DNA of 64,000 bases from Perkinsus chesapeaki ATCC PRA-425. Lineage: Eukaryota; Protista; Perkinsozoa. Positions 13,229-27,100 of this stretch are shown here, piece by piece. The notes beneath the pieces are model-generated. The model worked only from the letters and a program-made list of their open reading frames with translations. It searched no databases and had not been told where the DNA came from. The stretch is from positions 1 to 64,000 of the forward strand of contig JAAPAO010000124.1 of assembly GCA_013115145.1 (NCBI GenBank), in the 5' to 3' direction. Every line of letters starts with the position of its first letter. Positions within the stretch are counted from its first letter, which is position 1. Made by a program: the position numbers and the translations under genes.

Positions 13229-16200
13229 ATGGTTAATAGTCTGAAGACTCCAAGGCCAGCGGATACCTATAAGCCTTGCCCACCTGATTATCATACTTTA
13301 GCTGGTCCCTCTAATACAAGCACGGTACTTAGGAGGGATATCTTTAGGATACTTTGAAACTCGTTTGTTGTAAAAAACGACCTTTAATTTTCGGAAGTTT
13401 AAGCTTCTACCAGCACCGCATTGCTTTATTTAGTCAACCAAAGGCCGACGATCAGTGCGAGTTTTGGCTATTCACGAAGGGCAACCTCTGAACTCAAGCG
13501 AAAGGCTTAATCTCTGTGGAGTAAGCATGGCCGATACGGTGGTTCCAGTTCACCGCCTCCTATGCAGATAAACTGCCCGGATGATATAACCTTTCGAGCT
13601 GGTACATGGGATGTAGGCCAAGAAGTTACCGTCATGCTACCAATACGAAACGATTGGCTGGTCCCTGCAACAATCAAGTGCGTTGCATTACTTCTTGCGG
13701 GGTGTCGCAATGCCGTTCGAGGTACACTTTGCCCAAATCTAAGCTGCTTTCCTTGCCATATCCACAACCTATAAAGATACCTCCGGGGTTGACCGAAAAG
13801 ATACCAGTCACTTTCCGGTATATGAACAAACCATTCTGGAACGGAGCGTGAGTGTCCGCATTTTTGCAGCCCCACGGTGTATGAGCCGCTGCTGGACGAG
13901 ATAGTTGTACACGTTAAAACGCCAGCAGTGGCAGACACTCCACCAGCATTTATAATGTGAAAGATATTTTTGAGGTCAAGTGAAACTCGTCTGTCCAGAT
14001 CGATACGCGCTGAGGTTAAGTCCTTATCGGTGAGCCACAAGTTGCCGAGTTCCAGCATTGATTTCGGCATTGTCCCGGCTGGTGAGACCAACAGTAAAAC
14101 GATCAAGCTATACAATACTGGTGTGTGCTACATGTGGCGTGCATATCGCTCCTTCGTTATCTTGTAGTTGATTCAGGGACGCGGGAAGCTAAGATATCCT
14201 GGAGGACAACTACACCATTTTCAATAGACCCTTTACAGAGCCCAGAAAGCATTCCCGTTGGCGGGTTCGCTGAGTACAGTCTTATGGTCGACCCTGATAG
14301 AGGCCAAACCATCGATGGTCTGGTGGTAGCTGTTGCCAGTGCCGGGGTAAGAAAAAGCCTCTACCAGGAATCGAACCTGCGACCATTTAGCCAACTATGG
14401 AGGACTACACCGAGCTGGGAATAGACAATAAAAACAATTACCATATGACCAGTGAAACGCAGGAGATTCCCTTTAGGGTTCGAACAGTCGGTCGTGATAT
14501 CCTCTATGAACGGTTAGTTCAGGTTGCAGCCATCGCTAAGGTACCGCATCTCATTTTCACAGCGGTGAAGGAGGACAGCGACGGTCCGACAATAACTGTC
14601 ACTGAAGGGGGCGATGCTTCAGTGGACTTCGGTGAGGTTATTGTTGTGGCTGTTGGAGTGGGAACATGTTGGGCAACAGGATCCTGCCTGCCCGACACGC
14701 TCCATTCAGCAAGGGTGATGGTAACAAATGCTATCGCTGTTCGAACCGCCTTCATTGTTAAACCCAAACACGCTGCGGTAATGTCTTCGACTATCCTACT
14801 GTAATGTATAGTTGCTCAGGGCTCAAGTCCGTTTGAAGTTCGTCTTGAAGAAGGCGGCGGTATAGTTGATGTCGTTCATCCGTGTCCGATAGACCCGTCG
14901 GGTTCTGTCTCAATTGTGGTGTCCTACAAGTCCTCTACAATTCTCGAGACCGTCTCCGCGGCTTTTGAGATCTCCACTGTGGGGCTAATCAAGAACATCC
15001 TCAATCTCACAGCATCGGCGAAGTGCGAAACCATCCCCGTGAAACTTAACGCTGAAAGCCTGTCGTTGGGCGAAATTGAAGTCGGTAAATCTTCGAGCAG
15101 AATATTTACTATAACAAACGAGAGCCCGGTAGCAACTCGGTACCAGGTCATCCTCAATGACTGCAGCGACATGGGTAACTCCGTAGAGTACTCAGTGTTC
15201 AAAATAGACCACGCTAGAGGGGTTCTCGAGGCAAATTCAACGGCCACTGTCATGGTGACCGCGCGCCCTAAAATGCCTATAAATTATTATAAACGTTTGT
15301 GGGTGGTGGTGAGGTATGTAGCAAAGCCGCTGCATGTCGACTGCATCGTCAACGGGTTCGACGGAATTGAGCATCCGATGAAGCTCACCTTCGCGCACGT
15401 GAAACTATGGCGTGCCATCACTGCGACAGGCGAGGTGTTCCCTGTCACCGATGAGATGCCTGCATTGCCGCCTACTATTGGGCTTGATAACGACTCGGTC
15501 GTGGCTGATCTCTGGAGTGAGTTTGCGGCACCTGCGCGACAACTCTCTGAATCATCGATTGTATTTGGTGGATGTCTGCCACATAACAACAGCGTACACA
15601 GAAGAACAGTCACTGTTAGAAATGGAAGTCCAGGAAAAATCACTGTCTCTTGGCCAACTGCTGGCTTGGCTGCGGCCACTAAGCCAGCTTTCATTATAAG
15701 GCCAGAGATTTGTGAGATTGGCGGCGATGACAGCCAAGAGTTCACCATAGAGTACCGCCCTGCAGAGGATTACCGATACAGTGTAGCAACGTTAGACTGT
15801 GTAATGGTACCAAAAGAGAATAGGTCAGCAACCCTAGACCTGTAGCTAGTAAATGCTATGGCTCTTAGGAGCTATCGTATCGGCGACGCTGCAATGCTTG
15901 TGCCGACACACACGTCTGTTCTCACTGTCACGGCGCATACGTGGCCTGCAGGCGCCGGAGGTCAACCTAAAGTGACGGTCAACTCCGACACAGCACAGCA
16001 CACTATAGTCAAATTCCGTACGATTACAGTAGGAGAGACGGATGCCCAGGTGGGTGCGCAGCTGCATCCAGTGAGCATGCTGAACAGTAGTAGGTTGTCG
16101 CGCTATATAATTGGAGCGGCTTTGTTGTCGGTTACAATGCACGATGGGTGCCAGAGACCACAGTGTTGACGTCGACCGATGACCTCACAACAGTGGCATT

Positions 16201-19200
16201 TGGTTGCTTTCCTCCGATAGGGTAGGATCGTTATTCGTAATGGTCGGCGAGAGTGTTGGACGGATTAGGTCCATCGAACCTCAAGGGTTTGCCCTCATAA
16301 CGGTATTGTATCGTCCACGAGATGACGGTATTGAACCTGGCGTGGCGATGGAGACCTCCGGCAAATTTAAACTTATGTTGAATGACCAACAGGATGCAGC
16401 TGTCACTCTGGAAGTTACCGGAAAGTGTTGGTCAGGCTCACCGATACAGCTCGGCGAGCCCTCGCAAGAGGTGCGCCTACCGTTGGTGTCTTTTCGTGGC
16501 GCAGTGACGTATTTGTCCATCTAGATCATCACTCTCCCACCCTGCAGTAAAGGATCATTCAGCTCGGTATCAGTTGATATAAGCAATCCTTCTGGCATAT
16601 CTCTGAAGTGGACACTCAACATCCCAAAGGCGCATCGCAACCTCTTCTCCCTGCCCACTACAATGGGACAGCTTCCGTCTTATGGACGCAGCACGGTCAT
16701 GGTGACGTATCACCCAACAGCAGAGTCGAGTGGCAAAGATATCGGTTGGGTGCATGCGACAAGCGTCCCTGTGTAAGCTTGTACTGTCAGTTCCGTACTG
16801 TTACAATATACGCCACTTCAGTGGAGGAGGCAAGGCGTGTAAACGCCGATGGAAGTTGGTGGGGATAAGTCAAGATCCGGTTATTCGATGCGAGCCATCT
16901 GTTGTCGATCTTGGTCCGATACCAACACTTTGTCGAATCAGTGCAGCAGTGCAGGTAAGGATATTGTAGATCTGACTGATAAGGAACCTGCGTACGAGCT
17001 TCTTACCCACTTCACCTCCATCACGTGCGGTTTGACGTAAACCCTTCGTTTTACAGTATGCAGTCTCGTGATGTCTTTTATCACACGTGCGTAAGTGAAA
17101 TATCTTTCCCGAGCCCGATTGCAAATGTATCGCATCTTTGCCCGTTGTCAGATACGTAACTGCTCATCAGTGGTTGTTCATTATACCACTCGAGTCACTC
17201 TACTGGCACACGAGCCTTCTCTGGGAGATCCGATTGCATGTCCATCACATCTCACTACTACTTGCTCAATTAGGCCCACCGACGCCCAAGGCTGCCTTTG
17301 CCCTGGGGCGATCGAAGCTGTGGTGTTCTCTGTCAAAACTGCCATTAGAGGGAAATATCAATTCAGGTGAGCCACAGCATAATACGGAATCCAATACCCG
17401 TACCTAGGATCGACTTCCTACCGATCCGCGGTAGTGGTGAGGATGAGCTGGCAAGTATCTGGCCGATTGGCAGCGTGACAGTTACGGCCAATTGTCAGAC
17501 TCCTGTGGTAGGAGGCCGCCGCTTGATTCTGGGGAGGGCACTTTCGGCTGATAGGTGCAAGTGATGGACTTGCGTGTTGTCAGCGATAATCGGCGGGACA
17601 TTGACGATGTTGAGAATGGCGGCGAAGGTAAATTTTGAGAAGGATATTTTTGAGGTTGAGTTTAGGGCCTGCAAGTTGTCGACCGGTGTCTGCTATTTGG
17701 CAGCACCTGATGATAGATGATTTCAACGTTGCCCTGAAAAGCCCGTTGAACGACACAGAAAAGGATATGATAGAGAGAGAAGGCAAAGGTGGCATTGGTA
17801 AGAATTAGACTGAAGTACATTGAGTGGCTACCAGCCAGACTAGACAGTGGTGGGCTTAGCTGGGGTATTGTCATCATCAAACATGGTCTCCTTTTCATCT
17901 CCTCATTTCGTACCTTGTTAATTCTCATCGATGGTGTCTAACAGCAGTTACTGCTGCCTATTACGTTGGGTTGACCAGCTTGGGTACGATCCCGATGGAA
18001 TTGGCTGCGGGAAAAGTTACTTCATGCAACTTGCCTTTATAGGACCGGACAAGATGGATGTGCTCCTTAGCGCTCTGGATGATACAATAACTCTCAACCT
18101 TGGCACAGGAGCCATCGGCACTTCCACGCTCACCATGTAGCCTGTCTCATACCGCTCCCTTCTATAACCATTTCAGATACGCAGCATTTGTAAACGTCTC
18201 GGACATTCCGGTGGATATCCGCTTCATCACTCCACGAGACACTCATCTGGAAGGCTCTAGTATTCCCTTGTGGGCGTATGCTCACTTGGATGGTGATGGT
18301 ATGGAGTTGGCAAGGCACCACAAATGGGTAAGTTCGATGGCAGCAGCCCGAAGTGCTATAAGCTTTTGTCAGGTTATGGATGAGCATATCTTGGACGTTC
18401 GTCCGAGACATTGTATGATCGAGCCTGGCAAGCTCTTACATGTTAAATTTACATATCGTCTGGCTCATATCGGCATGCATGTTTTACCCATTGTCTTGCA
18501 AATCGGTTACGGCAAACGTTTGAGGTTGTTACTCACCGGCAACACACTTCCGAGAGGATTGCCGAGACTCAGTGTGAGGAAGGAACGTATAGTGTAGCGA
18601 ACTGATAGAACCTGTTCGTTCTTCCCACACTTCGATCAGACTGGAACCTGTTGCCATCGGTGGTGCCATGTCGAATGGGGCCATCGGCACCTGTGGTGGA
18701 GCATGCGAGCAGACCATTGAGCTTTCTAACTTTGGAGGTGTGTCCTATTAAAGCTCACCCGCCTTACTGTCAATGCATTGAGACCCCTAAGAGATATGAC
18801 CCCTAACTACCTCAATAGTACTTATTGAGTATATCAGTATGATTATGATAGTGTGTAATTTATTATCCAACTATTGAATGCTGTATAATATACTCCTTTA
18901 TCATTCACTATTTAATTTCTAAACCCCTAGATATGAATATTAAATAATAATATATAAATAATGTATATAATACAGGCAGGTTGTTAATGTGACGTTAAAG
19001 CACACTCGGAGATGCCTAATACCATATAGCTTGTAATTGGTTCCTATTCAGGTGGAGCAGCTCCTTGGCGAATATGTGTAAAAGATATCGAAGATTTCAA
19101 CAAGTCTAACTATCATTTTAAAGTTCTCGACATTCGTCCCACCTCAGGGCTACTTGCACCCAATGTAAGGTCATCTATTATAATTTCTTTGCAAAACTAT

Positions 19201-22200
19201 CAGACGATGAACTACCGTTGCATTTCTACATCTCAACGTCGATGAAGTTGTTTCATCGTTTGTGTTCTTCCAACCGTCTGCAATCGTCTCAATGTCAATA
19301 CCGTACTTGCTTCTACTCATATTTCGCCGTATCATGTCACGATCGTTATCCCAACCTTTTACCCCTTCTCTTAGGGCACCACATTCTTGCATGTATTCTT
19401 CTGTCCTATTGAGCCCAAGGACTATCATATCCAGGTCAGTGAGTTGCCATTTACCATTGCTATACCCTCTATAGTTGCATGTTGAGCTACTCAACGGTGT
19501 GCCAGAGGACGAGTCTAGCGCGGTGGTCGAAGATCTCACATTCGACTTGATCTTGCCAGCTTTTGATCCCAGGAAAGTGAGACGCTCACTGTGGCCTCCT
19601 GAAGCGTTGATGAGATAAATCAGCAGCAGCAAAGACATTTTGGATTTCGAGTTCTCTTCGCTACCATCTCTGGGGTTTCCGTTGGCTTTTCTTTGTTGAT
19701 TACCACCGTCTCCTCCGACATGGGATGCAAACGCTCTGTTTCAGCCTCGCTCGGATAACTCTTCATCCGCCACACTCATTTTCTCCCCTAATTTACCAAG
19801 TCGATCATTGGCACCTGTCCACACATACGGTGCAAGCCTCCTTATGGAACACATAGATTTTGGCAACGTCTCAGCTGGTAAGGTTCTGTGGAACTCGTGA
19901 GCGTCGAACAACAGGTATTATAACAACTGCTTCTCAGGCTTGAGTAAGCTGATTCTCACTTTAATTATTATTGTAGTAAATCCCTTTTGATGTTTCTCAT
20001 AGCTTTACGCGTGCCGTAGGGAAAGTGTTTCAAAGGTGATTATAGTTCCACTGCCCTTTGCACCTGTTAGGGTGTATTTTACTGCTCTATTCAGAATACT
20101 TCATTTACCGAGCAGGTTCCATAACCCATCGTTTGACGTATCTTTCCAACCGAACTCAAGATATGGTTATGCACTACAGGTGAGTAAGATGCTTGTGTTG
20201 ACGGCGGGGAGCCTGGGAAGCAGATGGGATCTTCGTGGGCTCCTTCGAGGGTGTGACGCTGACGATACATCCATCCGTGGCGGGCAGATGATCATCTCGC
20301 CGGAGGTCGCGGATCGTGTGAGATCGTTGGGTCAGCTCCCACTTCAGGAAGGGCTTCTTCTACCCGGAACCATCAAGCCCGTTATCTTCACACTCAACGT
20401 TCCTACTGGCATCGCTGGCTTGGCGATAGATGGGGAAGCTCAGTGCACTGTGGGGGGGGATAGAATACCGCTCCTACAGTATCGTCGGCGATCAGATCAC
20501 ATCCTGGACTGCAATCGAAGAACTTGAAAGGAGCTTATGTCAAAGCGAGGGCCCTGAAGTCACCGCAGAGTAAGTAGATTTGCGGCAGTCGATGGTCGGA
20601 CGCCAATGGTAAGGGACAGTTCCCTCTGCGAGGAGGAAGAGATTATAGCCGAGCATAAAGACCACCGTCATGAGCCAGCCTACTCCAAGAGGGATCCTTT
20701 CAAGCCCAAACATGTGTCGGTTGTGAATCGTTTGACGGTTTCGAGGTCAGCTCTCACTTGCAAGACCCAGGTTCGACCCGCGGTGTCGGCGCTTTAGGTT
20801 CCGCCATCTGGCGTCGACCGCGGCCGGGCAGAAATTCTTAAATGAAAACTTGAGTCGTTCGATGATGCTGTCCGCCGATCTGCCCTCGGAGGCCAGAATA
20901 GATGACTTACACCAACAATTGGTGAGATAGCCCACCAAAAACGCAGAACATGAAGCGCTTCGCTCCGCTGTAGATTCGGTCGATGCTCCTAACGTCCGAT
21001 TCCAGGGATTTGCGGTCCATCGCTCGTCGGGCAGCTGCCGAGGAAAGTCTGAGCGATGATAAGTGCACTGGCAGTCTGACAAAGTTCCCATCATTTTTCA
21101 CGCAGGGGCGTGATTAGCGCCCTAACTTCGGTGGCCGACGAGAAGGTAGAAGGCGGCAGTAGAATGGCGTCAAGTTATGGTATGGATCAAAAGCCTAGTC
21201 GATGCCCTCTACATTTGAGGGTAACAATCAGGTCTAGTATTGATACAAGGTAGGCCGCTGGAGAGCAGACTTGAAGGGGATGCTGTCAATAGGTGTGATG
21301 ATGATGAGCTCATTAAGGCAGATGATGATACACCCATGCCAGCATTAGATTGCACTAAAGATGCTCAAAAGGTTAGATCTTTGTTAAGCTGTTGCTCGTA
21401 TGCGAGAGAGGATATAGGAGCAGCGGCACACTTCGCAATGTGCATTATAGATCATCAGAGTGCCTCCAGGCGTCGGTACATCCACAAATATTATAACTCA
21501 TAATTCCATAGTGGGACATAGGCACCCGTCACCCTCCGTATAACAGCACTGCAGCGCCGCCGCCGTTGCCGACTTTGGCCACTCGTTCGGCGTAACATTC
21601 ATTTATTGACTAAAATACCTTTATTAGCCTTACGTTTGTATAATCAACTCTTAATAATATTTTATGTTAGAGCTCCTGCCGTCTTCTGATTAGTCTTCAC
21701 TCTCCTGGGAGAGCTGCTTGGAGATTCAGGTTATTGAGGATCTGATACGTCAAGTCCTAGCAGAAGAGGGCTTATCGACATTAATCACCACGCAAGTCGA
21801 CTCGAAGCCATTGACAGCTCTGTCGGTAGTGACGAACCACCAAATGTATTGTAAACGATAAAATCATTGATCTGGCAGGACCGGCCTCCCGTACCGAGGC
21901 CGTCTGCTGCGAGAAAGGTCGCCAATGGAGACGACTATTGGAAAGTCCCTAGTTGGGACATTGATGAGAATGGAAAGGTTGGCTGGTCGCTTGCAGCTGG
22001 TATCAGTACTTGGTTTAGTTGTACGTGATGAGAAGCCAGAGTTATAGCGTACCACCAGGGCTCGAGGTCTGTATGTGAGCATTTCGTGCGAACTAGGTAT
22101 TGCAGGTTGACGGTGAGATAGATGAGCTCCTCACTGAGGCGTTGAGCGGATCAGAGCAAGTTGGGTGGTATGATAGTGTGCTACTGTTGAAGAATGGTGC

Positions 22201-22225
22201 GGCTTCGGTGAGGTTGATGGTTTGA
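13229..22225 (+). CDS. CFAP65: Cilia- and flagella-associated protein 65 (CCDC108) homologue, many exons; both ends approximate
   Basis: N-terminal CG|INCPDDITFRAGTWDVGQEV...LPYPQPIKIPPGLTEKIPVTFR, repeated ASH/PapD-like beta domains (LSLGEIEVGKSSSRIFTITNES), NYYKRLWVVV, FFCPIEPKDY and MEHIDFGNV. These follow the motif order of CFAP65. Confidence 0.8.
14357..14426 (-). pseudogene. Degenerate tRNA gene inside a CFAP65 intron (14347-14462)
   Basis: The 3' half reads GGTC-GCAGG-TTCGATT-CCTGG-TAGAGGC followed by TTTTT. The 5' half and anticodon arm do not fold canonically. Confidence 0.6.
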
Positions 22226-22463
22226 GTATTGTTTATATAGGGGAAACGAACAAGATGAAGAAGGTCGAAGAAATGGCAGAGACCGCAGGATTGGAGAAAG
22301 TAGGAACGACACGGCTATGTCATTTCTTCAACTTTATCACGACAATTTAAAGAGACCAGTTATGAATAATATTAGCAAACCAGGAAATAATGCAAGTAAC
22401 TTATAGGCAATATTGAGAAGTGTCATATGCTTTCATTGTCACTCATAACTCCACATCACTATC

Positions 22464-22687
22464 GAGTGGGGTCTGTAAGGCTGCTCTAAATGATGCTATG
22501 ATACGTAATGATTATCTCAAACAACTCAGGTGGTTGGTGAGCCGGTGAAGAGAGCCCAAGGGCCGAAAGGCTGGCCTGAGGTAGCAGGGCAATCACCCTT
22601 CAGTGTGGGCTAGCGGGGCTCAGGTTGCTAATGATATCATCAAGAGACATATCTTGTCGGTTATTGATAAGCTTACTCAACCCACTC
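22464..22687 (+). ncRNA. Candidate structured RNA, unassigned
   Basis: Nested complementary segments and a GCC-GAAA-GGC tetraloop hairpin in a GC-rich island within AT-rich intergenic DNA. Confidence 0.3.
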
Positions 22688-23080
22688 ATCGGCTGCCTTC
22701 AACGTCCTCATTATAACCATGATTGATGTCTATAGATTCTGCGTGGCAAACTGCAGTTTTGTTAGTTAATGGTTATTTTAACCGATCCAATGAACTTTCA
22801 ACATCTCTTCTTGCTTCAAAGCCTCCTTTGCTGTATCTGAGCTGATGAGCTCAGCAGAATATCTTCCGCGGAATGATGGGTTATCAACATTTTATTGAAT
22901 TGTTAGCCTTTGGAATGCTGTGCCTTCCATCGGCTCGGTTGTGTATTCATGGCAAAGGGGATCCTGGACAGCAGCGGGCGTAGATACGACAAGTCTGTTT
23001 TTTCAAGATAGGGAAGTGTAAAAATATCTACTGCATTATAATCTGTCACTCTTTAGTTGAGTAACGTTAGCCTTAAGATA

Positions 23081-23817
23081 ATGAATATATCTCTAAACGG
23101 CAACAATACGATTCGGTCTCTCGGTGATAATGGAGTCGACAGTCAGACTTCTAAATCCGATTTATATATAAAACGTTTCGAAGGCTTCAATCAAGTGAGA
23201 GAAGTGCGATATACGGTGATAGAATAATGCCACTCAGGATGGCAAAGGCTGTCCGGTAGCTCAGCTAGGTCATCTCCTACGACTATGCGGTTTTAGTCCA
23301 ACCCGGGCTATGCTAGATGCCTTCGAGGTCATACGAAGTGTTATTGTCAAGTAAAATGAGTTCTTCAGGCCGAGATCGGCAGGTCCGAAGACGCTCGCGT
23401 ATCATCACAGCAGTTCCTCGCATTTTGCTCAAGATGTGTTGATCATCTCCGGCAGAATAATCCCCACGATCTTAAGTCGTTTTTTGCTCCCATGGATCCT
23501 GAAGATACTGGCGTTATTAGCATTAAAGCCTTCAGGTAAGATGATGATTTCATCTCACTACCTTGACTAAATCGTCTTGTATATCACATCGTATGCACCA
23601 CCCCCGAGCACCGTTTCACGAAGGTGTAGCGTTAGGAAGCTGTATCCCTGTTAGAACGCTTCCCCCCCCCCCCGCTTTGGAGACGTTAGTTTTGCTGCTT
23701 AGGTCGGTCATGGAAAATGCTGGTGATGCTTTCACGAGGGAAGAGGTCGACATATTCGTCAATGATTTCTCTAAGGACGGTATAGTTGTAGATTACCGTG
23801 CTATGATAGACACGTAG
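23081..23817 (+). CDS. Calmodulin/myosin light chain-like EF-hand protein (4 exons)
   Basis: Spliced translation: LGHLLRLCGFSPTRAML...FAPMDPEDTGVISIKAFR|SVMENAGDAFTREEVDIFVNDFSKDGIVVDYRAMID. Confidence 0.75.
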
Positions 23818-24104
23818 GTAGGGCTATCATACACTATATGATGTTATGACACAGGATATATCAGAAGCCATGAACGATGATGCTATTGTAGCAGCAGTGA
23901 GAGCATGATTTATTATTCTCAGCAAAAGTTTGGCTGCTTTGTGTTCAAGTCTGAACGCAATTAAACCGCGATAGGCGAACGCGAGCACAGTGGGCAGAAT
24001 AGCTTCTTCGTTTTCGACCACGACTACTACTTAACTTGACATAGACCTCAACTAGGTGCTACCGTTTTTAAACAGTTTCCCGCTGTTCTTTTCTACCTGC
24101 CTCT

Positions 24105-27100
24105 ATGCTGCTCTGTAAAGCGGTGGGTGCCATCATATGTATTACTATACTGACTAAGGCGGCAATACTGCCACTTGATAGCGGTCAGTCATGGGTTGAT
24201 AGAAGTCGAGTTATCGCCGAAGGGGGACGAGTTGAAGAGTAAGGCATGAGCGGACGACTTTGAGCTACTTCCTGCCCTACGGATGTACAACGCGTATTCG
24301 CGATGATGAGCTAACCCTTATCACGTAAAGCGATAGTGGTATAGACGGCACTGATATGAAGAGCTCATAGAGCGCCGCCCCTCGTTCCCGAAGATCGATG
24401 GGACTTTGCAACCAGTCCATACGGCAGGGTCGCAAAGAATACTGTAAATGAGATATTGGCACACTAGGTGGAGCACAACTGCCTTATCTAGCGGAGTGCC
24501 GATGGGGTTTGGTGATTAGTCAGCATTGCACCCGATTGACCGATTGTAGATATCTTCGTGTCGTTCTGCGCTATGACCAGGATATCTACATTCGGTTATG
24601 TGGCACAGAGGAGGTCTACTCAGCTGAGCTCAAAGCCTGCGTTAGATGCCCGCCACGGTATAGCATAACTACTGACCATACCTCACACTTGCAGCTTTTA
24701 GCTGCTTCAACTCTCGCCATATAGAGCCGCGAATAGAAGGAGTGAAATGCATCTGCGACAGGAACAGTCCATCATTATGGAATCTTACACTAGACGACCT
24801 CTCCGAACAGCAACGCAACGCTCGAATGCCTCATCGGCTCGGTAGGGTTGATCATCTTACCTTAGTAGATAGTGAGGTTATCAGACACCGTCTTTGCCGA
24901 TGTTAGAGACCCCACTGTTCATGCCCTCAACGAGACCAATGCCACAATAGCACACTACAGTCGAGGTGTCTGGTAGGGAGCATTATTATCTGATGTATCT
25001 CGAGAACTAATAGTTGTCATGTAGGACTGTTATTGGGCTTCCGATTCAGCTCACGTGCACGAATCATACTGAAGAGGACGATATCGCCGAGGCTATGATC
25101 AGGCGCTTTGGTCACCTTGCCCCTCCAGTAAGCGAACTAGTTATGATTGTCGAATGGAAAACGGCGAAGATACCGTCGGACACACTGTGGTGGACTTTAC
25201 GACCTCGAACGTCTTTTGGAGTGGACGAAAGTATAGACTCTATGTTAACACAAATGGCTATGGTCCAACAACCGGGCGTTATTGCATTGCTTATTCCTAC
25301 AAGTGAGTGAAGTGGCCTTATACACGTTTAGTGGTTCGCTCAGGGATCATCCACCACAGAAGTGTCTCTACTCCAGGGTTCATGAGCTCCGACGATATCA
25401 TCAGGTTGATTGATATACTGTTGAGGTTGCGAGCATCTCGTCAGGCGTTGTTCGATAAGCTTCCCTAACGATGGTCTCATCAGCGCCGATCGCGGAGGGG
25501 CTTTCTTGTCCTCTGTGGACCTGAGATCGCTCGAAGATCGTAACTGGCCATTTTACTGGTTAAGCTGTATTCAATAATTAGGCACGTCGAGTGCAGCAGG
25601 AAGTTGTGGGATAGATTCAGTTCAGAGGGTCATCGATCAAATAGATGCTGTGACCGATCGGGCGTCGTCTACAGCAGTGAGCTCTTCGCAGGTTAAACTG
25701 ATGATGAAAGAAGCGGGTAGGCTAAGCCAGAGCTGTACGGATCATAGCAAGGAGTATCCTTACTCTGAGCCGGTCATTGCAGGCAGTACCGTTACTGAAG
25801 AGAGAAGCCTGCGGATAGGTAGGCCTTCATTCGCTCATCTATTCATCGCAAGCGTCATGCTGAGGACGATGCACTTGAAATCCTTCGACCCTTGAGCAAT
25901 AACACGTGACATAAATAATCGGTTTATTACCCTCATAATAGGAGTTTTCGCTGTGTGCTCTTCCTTCGCCATCCACACTTGTGTAGTTTTAGCAAAGTCA
26001 ATGGCCTCTATGCTCAGTTCATCGATAGCGTGCCCAAAATGATAATTTCCAGATAGGGCTCGTATCAGGTATACTTAAGTATTTATCGACTTATAACGTC
26101 AAGCTAGCATCGCAAGTGAGCGGATCACAACCGTTATGCACCATGTCATACTGCTACCTTTAGTCACCCTCTTAATATCTTTCCGACAGGTACACAATTT
26201 GGAATCGTCGACGTCTGCGTAATCTAGCCAACCGTGCTATGTCCTATACGGCAATGGATACTTTTGGGCGTTGTTGGCAGCTTGCTGAGGACTTGGTCAT
26301 TCCACACTTTGAAGAGCTCTCTTCTAGTACTCCATTTTGCAAGCGTGACCCGATCGTAGATGCTGAGAGGTGAGCGCCTCCGAAGGACACCACTTGCTTC
26401 TTTGGATAATATTTTGATTGGACAGATAGACTTCTTCTTGCTAATTGCTATTGACATTTTACTAGTTCATCAGGCAAACGGGCTCTTGCTGATTATTTAA
26501 CTCATTCCCTCGCTCCTCCAGCTGCTAGCGGAAACACCAATGCCGTCGTAAATGAATAATTTATCATCGCCGGTGTGTCATTCCATCACACATTCCATGT
26601 CAATTGATCGGGATCCTCTAGTATCCGTTCAGACTGCAAGTATGTGCTGTTTCAGCTATTATGGAGACCCATGCTGCAATGCTGCCATTTTGCATGAGAA
26701 GCCGTGCCAGTCTCGAGCGGCGGTAACGGGGCTATCGTCTCAGCCTTGGAAAGTAGCATATTTGATACGTTCAGTGCCATTGACATGTTCACATCAGATC
26801 AATGTCACTCTGGCTGCTATGAGCTGTCTGAAGGATGACACAGGCTCTGCTTCCTACGTTCGAAAAGCACTGCAAGTTGGCAGCACTGTGGTTCATCGTC
26901 AATTGTTCTCTGGAATTGGAGATGATTGTGACGCTCGGGTGCGCTTGGACGTTTTCCCTTCTACACGATGATTCTTCCCACTTTCCACCGAGTCACTCAC
27001 AGCTACAGTTTCTGTCTGACTACTATTGTATACCATCGTTGCTTGTTACCCTTCGTCATGTTTTTTCTGACAACTGCGCGAAAGCTCTGGGCGCGGTTTT

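Noticed and set aside
13507-14115. 202-aa minus-strand ORF
   Set aside because: Antisense to CFAP65 exons.
19171-19917. Apparent nested minus-strand ORF with RT-like GTPLS motif
   Set aside because: The plus strand carries bona fide CFAP65 exons here (FFCPIEPKDY, MEHIDFGNV); the ORF is their antisense shadow.
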